A DNA stretch of 64,000 nucleotides from assembly GCA_002327255.1 (NCBI GenBank), contig DCUM01000063.1:151-64150 (forward strand), written 5' to 3'. Positions 57,077 to 64,000 of the stretch are shown here, one piece after another. Position 1 is the first letter of the stretch, and every line of letters begins with the position of its first letter. The stretch comes from a bacterium UBA2214. GTDB lineage: Bacteria > Zhuqueibacterota > Zhuqueibacteria > Residuimicrobiales > Residuimicrobiaceae. Below the pieces are notes generated by a model, which had not been told where the DNA came from, did no database searches, and worked only from the letters and a program-made list of their open reading frames with translations. Position numbers and translations under genes: made by a program.

Positions 57077-58447
57077 GTGGCAGAACTGAAAAATCTCATG
57101 ATATCCGTCTCCGGCGTGCGTGGAATCGTCGGGGATGGCTTCACCCCGGATGTCGCGTTGCGATTCGCCCAGGCGTATGGCAGTCACTTCGGGCCGGGAC
57201 GGATCGTGGTCGGGCGCGATTCGCGCGTGACCGGCGACCTGATCAAATACGCTGTCTGGTCCGGACTCCTGGCGACCGGGTGCGATGTCGTCGATATTGG
57301 CATGACGACGACGCCCACCACCGCGATGGCTACGGAAAGAGCGGAAAACAGCGGCGGCATCATCATCACCGCCAGCCACAATCCGCGGGAGTGGAATGCC
57401 TTGAAATTGCTCGCGCCGGACGGACTTTTTCTCAATCCCGAGGAAGGCGCCCGCATTCTCGAACGCGTCCGCCAGGAAGATTTCCGCTTCGCGGCCTGGC
57501 ATGAGGTTGGCACGGTGCGCCCTTATGCCAGGGCTGCCGAGGATCATATCGCCAGCGTCATAAACTTGCCGCTCATCGATGTCACCGCCATCCGCAAGCG
57601 GGGTTTCAAAATCGTCGCCGACCCCTGCAACGGCGCCGGCGGCACGATTCTGCCCGAGTTTCTCCAGGAGCTGGGCTGTGAGGTCATCTACCTCAATCTG
57701 GAACCCAGCGGCCATTTTCCCCGCAGCCCGGAACCCGTTCCGGAAAATCTCGGGGATCTCTGCGCAGCGGTCGTCAAACACCGCGCGGATCTGGGCATCG
57801 CCGTCGATCCGGACGTGGATCGCCTGGCATTGGTCTCCGAGAAAGGCGTCCCTTTGGGTGAGGAGTACACCCTGGCGCTGGCGGTTGAATTTGTCCTCGC
57901 GCACACACCCGGCGATGTCGTCGTCAATGCTTCGACTTCCCTGGTCATCGATGACCTTGCACGCCAATACGGCGTCCGCGTGCATCGTACCCCTGTCGGC
58001 GAAATTCATGTCGCCAGCAAAGCGCGACAAAGCGGCGCGGTGATAGCCGGCGAAGGGAACGGCGGTGTGATCCTCCCGGCCCTCCATCTCGGCCGCGACG
58101 CCATCGCCGGCATTGCCCTGATACTCCAGCATCTGGTGGAAAAATCAAAACCCCTCTCGCAAGTCCATGCCGACCTGCCACAGTACGTAATCGTGAAAGA
58201 CAAGATCACGCTGCCCTTCGGCGTGGACGCCAGGCGCCTGGTTGCGCGTCTGACCGAAGCGCACCGCTCCGGTCCTATTGATTTGACCGATGGACTCAAG
58301 TTGCTGTATGACGCGTCATGGGTGCATATCCGCGCCTCCAATACGGAACCCATCGTTCGCGTCATGGCCGAAGCGCCCAGCGCGGAAGAGGCGCAAAATC
58401 GTGTTGCCGCCCTCAAGGCGGAATTCGCTCGATTAACAATGAATTAG
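57077..58447 (+). CDS. alpha-D-phosphohexomutase (phosphoglucosamine mutase/phosphomannomutase family)
   Basis: Active-site TASHNP, the N-terminal GVRGIVG motif, and a length typical of GlmM. Confidence 0.8.
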   Translation: MAELKNLMISVSGVRGIVGDGFTPDVALRFAQAYGSHFGPGRIVVGRDSRVTGDLIKYAVWSGLLATGCDVVDIGMTTTPTTAMATERAENSGGIIITASHNPREWNALKLLAPDGLFLNPEEGARILERVRQEDFRFAAWHEVGTVRPYARAAEDHIASVINLPLIDVTAIRKRGFKIVADPCNGAGGTILPEFLQELGCEVIYLNLEPSGHFPRSPEPVPENLGDLCAAVVKHRADLGIAVDPDVDRLALVSEKGVPLGEEYTLALAVEFVLAHTPGDVVVNASTSLVIDDLARQYGVRVHRTPVGEIHVASKARQSGAVIAGEGNGGVILPALHLGRDAIAGIALILQHLVEKSKPLSQVHADLPQYVIVKDKITLPFGVDARRLVARLTEAHRSGPIDLTDGLKLLYDASWVHIRASNTEPIVRVMAEAPSAEEAQNRVAALKAEFARLTMN

Positions 58448-58470
58448 TCGTTTATAATAAAGGGCTTGTT

Positions 58471-60858
58471 ATGGCTGATTATGAAAAACTGGGACTGTTT
58501 TATCTGGGAAAAACATACGATACCGCCAAAAAACAACTTCTCGATGATCTGCTGCTCTACGATTCCAAAGATCTGGTGACCCATGGCGTCTGCATCGGCA
58601 TGACGGGCAGTGGCAAAACCGGATTGTGTATCGGTCTGCTGGAAGAAGCCGCCATCGACAATATCCCGGCTTTGATCATCGATCCCAAGGGGGATATGAC
58701 CAATCTCATGCTCTCGTTTCCGGGCCTCTCCGCGGCCGAATTTGCCCCGTGGATCAATGTGGATGATGCCCGGCAGCAGGGACAGAGTCCGGAGGCCTTC
58801 GCAGCCGCACAAGCGGAAATATGGAAAAATGGTCTGGCGCAATGGGGACAAGATGGCGCACGCATTCAAAAATTGCGCGATGCGGCGGATTTTACCATTT
58901 TTACCCCGGGCAGCACCTCCGGCGTTCCCGTCTCCATTCTCAACAGTTTCGTGTGTCCCGGGGAAGAAATCGTCCAGGATCGCGAAGCCGTCGGCGATCT
59001 GATCTCGACCACCGTAACGGGACTGCTGGGCCTGATCGGCGTAAATGCCGATCCCATCAAAAGCCGTGAACATATCCTGGTTTCCAATATTTTCTATCAT
59101 TTCTGGCAAAATGGACAGAATCTCGATCTCGCCTTGCTCATCAATGCCATCCAGACGCCGCCTTTCGAACGCGTCGGCGCCTTTGCGGTCGATTCCTTTT
59201 ACCCGGCCAGGGAGCGTTTTGAACTGGCACTTGCATTCAACAATCTTCTCGCCGCGCCGGGATTCTCCACCTGGCTGACGGGAGAAGCGCTGGACATTGG
59301 CACGCTCCTCTATGGAAAAAGCGGCAAACCGCGCATGTCCATCTTTTATATCGCCCATCTCAGCGATTCCGAGCGGATGTTTTTTGTCACCCTGCTTCTC
59401 AATCAGATCGTTTCCTGGATGCGCGCCCAACCGGGCACCACCAGTCTGCGCGCGATTTTATATATGGATGAGGTCGCGGGCTATCTGCCTCCCGTGGCCG
59501 CGCCGCCATCCAAAAAACCCCTCATGATCATGCTCAAACAAGCCCGTGCGTTTGGCGTCGGCGTGATGCTGGCCACCCAGAATCCCGTCGATCTCGACTA
59601 CAAGGCGCTCTCCAATACCGGGACCTGGTTCATCGGCCGGCTGCAGACGCAACAGGACATCGACAAGGTGCTCAGCGGCCTGCGCTCCAGCGCCGGAGAC
59701 CTCGATCCCAACCTGAGCAAATCCATCGCCTCTCTGGGAAAACGCGTTTTTCTCATGAAAAACATCCACGAGAAGGAGCCGGTCATTTTTCAAACCCGCT
59801 GGGCCCTCTCCTATCTGCGCGGCCCGTTGACGCTGGCGCAAATCAAGCAATTGACCAAAGCGGCACACGTATCGTCCCCGGCCCAGGCAGGTGAACGGGC
59901 CGTGACGGCCCCGGGGCCGCAATTACGGCCGGCCATCCCGCCGCAGATCAAGGAGTTTTTTGCCCCGGTGCGCGGCGCCAAAGCGGCCCAGGCCAGGCTC
60001 CTGTACCGGCCGGTCCTCTTTGGCATCGCCGATGTCCATTTCGGCGCCTCAACGAACCGGCGTTATACGCAATGGACACCCGTCCTGGAGGGTGCCGTCC
60101 CGGTGGACTGGGACCAGGCACGGGACACCGTTCTCACAGATGCCGATCTGGAGAAAAATCCACTGCAGGGCGCGCACTTTGATAAACTGCCCGCCAGCGC
60201 GGCCCGGCCTGAAAGTTACAAGCGTTGGGCCGCGGAGTTTGCCGATGCCCTCTTCAGGAATGCGCAACTGGAATCCTATAAAAGCAGCTCCCTGAAAATA
60301 GCCTCCCATCCCGGGGAAAACGAGAGAGACTTTCGTGTCCGCATCTCCCACATTGCCCGGGAAAAAAGAGATGCTGCCGTGGAGACGCTGCGCAAGCGCT
60401 ATGCGACCAAAGAAGCAACCCTGGAGGATCGCATCCAGCGCGCCCAGCAAAAGCTGCAAAAAGAGAAATCCGATTTCCGTACGCAGAATGTGCAAACAGC
60501 GGTTTCCCTCGGCACCACGCTGCTCGGCGCCCTGTTGGGTCGAAAAACCATATCCACCACGACGCTGAATCGGGCGGGAACCGCCATGCGCAGCGGCATG
60601 CGTTCGGCCAAGGAGCGCGGCGATATCGGCAGTGCGGAAGAGAGCCTGGATGTCCTGCTGCAGCGGCGCGCCGACTTGCAGACGGAACTGGCGCAGGAAA
60701 TCGCCCTGATCGAAGAGCAGACCGATCCCATGCAGCAGCGCCTGGAAGTGACGGCGGTGCGCCCGAGGAAAAGTGATATCGATATCCGCTTCACCACCTT
60801 GCTGTGGCTTCCTTTCTGGCAAACGGATGGCGGGGATCCGCAACAGGCCTTTGAATGA
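58471..60858 (+). CDS. HerA/FtsK-superfamily NTPase, DUF853 (YjgR-like), with a C-terminal coiled-coil extension
   Basis: N-terminal THGVCIGMTGSGKTGL Walker A and IIDPKGD (YjgR/HerA-like), Walker B LYMDEVAGY, and an ATQNP motif. ATG at 58471 lies 23 nt after the mutase stop; the track ORF upstream of that is not coding. Confidence 0.7.
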   Translation: MADYEKLGLFYLGKTYDTAKKQLLDDLLLYDSKDLVTHGVCIGMTGSGKTGLCIGLLEEAAIDNIPALIIDPKGDMTNLMLSFPGLSAAEFAPWINVDDARQQGQSPEAFAAAQAEIWKNGLAQWGQDGARIQKLRDAADFTIFTPGSTSGVPVSILNSFVCPGEEIVQDREAVGDLISTTVTGLLGLIGVNADPIKSREHILVSNIFYHFWQNGQNLDLALLINAIQTPPFERVGAFAVDSFYPARERFELALAFNNLLAAPGFSTWLTGEALDIGTLLYGKSGKPRMSIFYIAHLSDSERMFFVTLLLNQIVSWMRAQPGTTSLRAILYMDEVAGYLPPVAAPPSKKPLMIMLKQARAFGVGVMLATQNPVDLDYKALSNTGTWFIGRLQTQQDIDKVLSGLRSSAGDLDPNLSKSIASLGKRVFLMKNIHEKEPVIFQTRWALSYLRGPLTLAQIKQLTKAAHVSSPAQAGERAVTAPGPQLRPAIPPQIKEFFAPVRGAKAAQARLLYRPVLFGIADVHFGASTNRRYTQWTPVLEGAVPVDWDQARDTVLTDADLEKNPLQGAHFDKLPASAARPESYKRWAAEFADALFRNAQLESYKSSSLKIASHPGENERDFRVRISHIAREKRDAAVETLRKRYATKEATLEDRIQRAQQKLQKEKSDFRTQNVQTAVSLGTTLLGALLGRKTISTTTLNRAGTAMRSGMRSAKERGDIGSAEESLDVLLQRRADLQTELAQEIALIEEQTDPMQQRLEVTAVRPRKSDIDIRFTTLLWLPFWQTDGGDPQQAFE

Positions 60859-60864
60859 GTGGAT

Positions 60865-61284
60865 ATGGGGCACTTCACGCTCATAGAACATACCGCAGAT
60901 GCCGGGATTCAGGTGGAGGCCTGTTCGCTTAAGGACCTCTTCCACACCGCCGCCCAGGGCATGATTCATCTTGTCTGTCCGCATGGAAGGACAGCTCAAA
61001 CTGAAATTCATTCCATCACCGTTTGTGGCGAAGATCCCGCCGAATTATTGGTGAATTGGCTCTCTGAATTGAATTATCTGTTTCAAGTCGAACAATTCCT
61101 TTTCGCTGAATTGCATCATTTTGAAATAATCAGTAACCGCTTGTCAACAACCGTGGGGGGAGAGCGCATCGACCCCCTGCGGCATCCACTGCGTGCTGAA
61201 ATCAAAGGTGTCACCTATCATAAAATGAACGTGGAGCAAATAACCCCGGGGAAATGGCACGCTTTGCTCTATTTTGACCTGTAA
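60865..61284 (+). CDS. Archease (RtcB activator/chaperone)
   Basis: N-terminal FTLIEHTADAGIQVEA and C-terminal EIKGVTYHKMNVEQ archease signatures. It starts 7 nt after the NTPase stop. Confidence 0.85.
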   Translation: MGHFTLIEHTADAGIQVEACSLKDLFHTAAQGMIHLVCPHGRTAQTEIHSITVCGEDPAELLVNWLSELNYLFQVEQFLFAELHHFEIISNRLSTTVGGERIDPLRHPLRAEIKGVTYHKMNVEQITPGKWHALLYFDL

Positions 61285-61307
61285 CCCGAGAGAAGGAACG
61301 CTCGACC

Positions 61308-61760
61308 GTGGGTCAACCGCGTATTCGCCCTGTCGCATTATGCGTGCTGAGCCGCAGCAACCGCATCCTGGTTGAGAAAAGTTACGACCACGTCAAACAA
61401 CAGATCTTCTTTCGTCCAACCGGTGGTGGTATCGAGTTTGGCGAGCCGGGTGCGAATGCCGCGATACGCGAAGTTGCCGAAGAGCTGGGCATACCCATCG
61501 GCCAGCCACATTATCTCGGTACGCTGGAGAATATCTTCGTCTGCCGCGGCAAAGCCGGGCATGAACTGGCGCAAATCTATCATTTGGAATTGTCCGAAAA
61601 TGACTGGGCAAACCAGGCGACCCTTGTCGTCGTGGAATCTCCCTCGCAAACACATATCCTGGAATGGCATGATCTGGCATTTTTTCATAGGGAGACCACG
61701 CCGCTCTATCCCCATGGACTTCTTGACCTTCTCCGCGGCCTGTCCATCCTCTCCTCATAA
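61308..61760 (+). CDS. NUDIX hydrolase
   Basis: Nudix box GGGIEFGEPGANAAIREVAEELGI. Confidence 0.8.
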   Translation: MGQPRIRPVALCVLSRSNRILVEKSYDHVKQQIFFRPTGGGIEFGEPGANAAIREVAEELGIPIGQPHYLGTLENIFVCRGKAGHELAQIYHLELSENDWANQATLVVVESPSQTHILEWHDLAFFHRETTPLYPHGLLDLLRGLSILSS

Positions 61761-61774
61761 CCGGTGAGGCAACC

Positions 61775-63214
61775 ATGCAAGAAAAGATGCAGCAAATTCA
61801 TGATTATCTTTTTGAAATACCCCGGACAGGCAAAATGCGCGTCCCGGCTCGTATTTATGCCTCTGCCGGCATGCTCAAAGATATCCTGAACGACAATGCC
61901 GCGGAACAAGCCGCTCATGTAGCCTGGCTGCCGGGCATCACAGGCTATTCCTATGCCATGCCGGACATTCACTGGGGTTATGGCTTTCCCATCGGCGGCG
62001 TCGCTGCCTTTGATATGGAGGAAGGCATCGTCTCGCCCGGTGGCGTGGGTTACGACATCAACTGCGGCGTCCGTCTACTGAGAACGGATCTCGATTATGA
62101 CACCGTAAAACCCAGATTGCCGCTCCTCGTGGAGGCCCTGTTTCGCGCAGTCCCGAGCGGGGTTGGTTCCACCGGAGCGATCAAGTTGAGTCTGAATGAA
62201 GAAAAACGCGTCCTGCAGCAGGGCGCGACATGGGCAATTGAAAACGGTTTCGGCCGCGGCGAAGACCTTGACAAGATCGAGGAAAACGGCGTCATGTCCT
62301 CTGCAGATCCGGAGATGGTGAGCCAGCACGCCCTGGAGCGGGGGCGGGCGCAATTGGGAACATTGGGGTCGGGCAATCATTTCGTCGAAGTGGGCGTCGT
62401 CAGGGAGGTTTTTGACGCCGGCGCCGCCGCTGTGCTGGGCTTGCGAAAAAACCAGGTCACGGTCACGATTCACACCGGTTCGCGCGGCCTGGGGCATCAG
62501 GTCTGCGATGATGCCATCAAAGTGATGTTGCGCGCGAGTCAAAAATATGGCATCGAACTGCCGGACCGCCAACTCTGCTGTGCCCCGATCCAGTCGCCTG
62601 AGGGGAGACAATACCTCGCGGCCATGGCCAGCGCCGTCAATTTCGCCTTTGCCAACCGGCAGATGATCACCCATTGGGTGCACGAGGCCATCCTGCGAAC
62701 CCTCGGCATCAGCGCCCGGGATCTGAACATGCAAGTGGTCTATGAGGTGGCGCATAATATTGCCAAGATCGAGACCCATACGTTCGCAGGCATAAAGCGG
62801 CAGTTATGTGTACACCGTAAAGGCGCCACCCGGGCCTTTGGACCCCATCACCCGGAAATCCCCGCAGCCTATCGCGAGATCGGCCAACCGGTGCTCATTC
62901 CCGGCGATATGGGCCGTTATTCCTATGTGCTCACCGGCACGGAGAGAGCCATGCAGGAGACGTTTGGATCGACTTGCCATGGCGCGGGGCGGCTGATGAG
63001 TCGCACCCAGGCGATCAAAAAAGGCCGGGGACGCTCCCTGACGCAAGAACTCGCAGCACGCGGCATCATCGTCCGCGCTTCCAGCCGCGCGACTCTGGCG
63101 GAAGAAGCCCCGGAAGCCTATAAAGATGTCTCCCAGGTTGTGGACGCTGTTGTCGGCGCAGGCCTTGCGAAGAAGATCGTCAAACTCCATCCCATTGGCG
63201 TCGTCAAAGGGTGA
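61775..63214 (+). CDS. rtcB: RNA-splicing ligase RtcB (3'-phosphate/5'-hydroxyl RNA ligase)
   Basis: GYGFPIGGVAAFD, NCGVRLL, HTGSRGLGHQV and STCHGAGR RtcB motifs. Confidence 0.9.
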   Translation: MQEKMQQIHDYLFEIPRTGKMRVPARIYASAGMLKDILNDNAAEQAAHVAWLPGITGYSYAMPDIHWGYGFPIGGVAAFDMEEGIVSPGGVGYDINCGVRLLRTDLDYDTVKPRLPLLVEALFRAVPSGVGSTGAIKLSLNEEKRVLQQGATWAIENGFGRGEDLDKIEENGVMSSADPEMVSQHALERGRAQLGTLGSGNHFVEVGVVREVFDAGAAAVLGLRKNQVTVTIHTGSRGLGHQVCDDAIKVMLRASQKYGIELPDRQLCCAPIQSPEGRQYLAAMASAVNFAFANRQMITHWVHEAILRTLGISARDLNMQVVYEVAHNIAKIETHTFAGIKRQLCVHRKGATRAFGPHHPEIPAAYREIGQPVLIPGDMGRYSYVLTGTERAMQETFGSTCHGAGRLMSRTQAIKKGRGRSLTQELAARGIIVRASSRATLAEEAPEAYKDVSQVVDAVVGAGLAKKIVKLHPIGVVKG

Positions 63215-63525
63215 GTTGCGTCACGAAACCCATTCCGTCCCATTAAAAATTTGTTGACTTTTTCTCGGCATAATTCTATATTTATATACCATCCTATCAA
63301 TCAGCCGTGGCCTGGTAATGGCCATTTATATTCATATTGCGGCTTGCGGCCGATTCTTTATAATATCTACGTACTGACAACTGCCGCCCCATGGACGGCC
63401 CACAAATCCTCGAAACGCCTTTGGCCTGAACCATATAATCCATATCGTTGCGATAGTGTTTTTCGTCCAATTCACCCGGGTGACCATCTGCGTGCGCACG
63501 TGTGTGATTTCATTTCATTTTTAAG

Positions 63526-64000
63526 GAGTGACCAGGATGGGCTTGCCATCATCATCCTCTTCTTTGCCGATAAAATTGGCACAAATCATCCCTGATTACG
63601 ATGGGTACGACGACCGCACCCTGCGAAAGCATTCGGACCAGAAAATCCGCCTTTGCATGATCGGCAAAATAGAAAATATACTGCGTCATTTGAGCGGCTT
63701 GCCTGCGGCGCCACACGAAGAAGACAAGCGGCGGCTTTCTGATTTGTCACAAAGCACACATCGCAAGCTGATCACCATCAGCGAAAGTCTCAGAGACCCG
63801 ACCTATGCCGGAAATCCTTTTTTCGCCCTCGACCGGATTCCGGAAAAACGCCTGGAGAACATCTACAACCATGAAGCCAGTATGCTGGCCGGTCTGGGCG
63901 GCATTGAAGAAGAGATCGCGGCCATGATGCAACAAAAAATGGAGAAAGTGTTGTTTGAAGATCACTTTCTCCATATCACCGACTTTATCGATAATTTTAA
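63526..64000 (+). CDS. Hypothetical protein, 3'-truncated by the window end
   Basis: ATG at 63526 lies 8 nt after a TAAGGAG Shine-Dalgarno site. The frame is open to the window end (at least 158 aa, MGLPSSSSSLPIKLAQIIPDYDGYDD...). It is absent from the ORF track because there is no in-window stop. I recognise no family. Confidence 0.4.

Noticed and set aside
63215-63230. GTGAGTTGCGTCAC imperfect palindrome right after the rtcB stop.
   Set aside because: The stem is imperfect and there is no following T-run, so it does not make a credible intrinsic terminator.
1-64000. Search for tRNA, rRNA, tmRNA, CRISPR repeats, integrases or transposases, and terminal inverted repeats.
   Set aside because: No tRNA-like T-arm motif (GGTTCGAnnCC), no regularly spaced direct repeats, and no ORF with integrase or transposase motifs was found. 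All intergenic regions are under 540 nt and look like promoters or terminators.

Overview
This is a bacterial chromosomal segment of about 58-60% GC by eye. I support about 54 protein-coding genes plus one decayed remnant. I saw no rRNA, tRNA, CRISPR array, integrase or transposase. The taxon cannot be assigned from sequence alone, though the TonB-dependent receptor with a DUF4249-like lipoprotein and the DUF4388 proteins are reminiscent of the FCB group or environmental candidate phyla.

The backbone is cell-envelope biogenesis. It includes lipid A and LPS-core genes (lpxB, lpxK, an lpxL-like acyltransferase, a DUF374 acyltransferase, two GT9 heptosyltransferases, a GT1, a GT4-like and two GT2 glycosyltransferases, a Wzx-like flippase, a YfhO-like protein and a TMTC-like TPR membrane protein). 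Housekeeping genes are interspersed: the 3' end of hisS, a trmH-family methyltransferase, nadB, tsaC, a serB-serA fusion, plsY, glgC, and a phosphohexomutase.

The most unusual content falls into five groups:
- A tightly packed plus-strand gene string at 58471-63214 encodes a HerA/FtsK-superfamily NTPase, archease, a Nudix hydrolase and RtcB. I read it as a candidate expanded RNA-repair module.
- A minus-strand operon at 26979-31341 encodes two REC-DUF4388 proteins, an MglA-like GTPase with a degenerate P-loop and a small 4-Cys protein. It looks like a polarity or motility switch inserted in the LPS locus.
- An orphan AAA15/OLD-type ATPase sits at 6323-7462.
- A Dak2-DegV (FakA-FakB-like) fusion lies directly upstream of plsY.
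- A zf-HC2 anti-sigma-like protein follows an unclassifiable 360-aa protein in the sigma position.

Smaller signals are a sigma54-type promoter upstream of the TMTC-like gene (an NtrC-family activator lies in the window), a candidate small RNA in a divergent intergenic region, two 9-10 nt G/C homopolymers inside coding regions, and a decayed MBL-fold gene remnant. Because of the high GC, many long antisense shadow ORFs in the track are spurious. Several track starts are TTG or GTG, and I refined them to nearby ATG codons with Shine-Dalgarno support.
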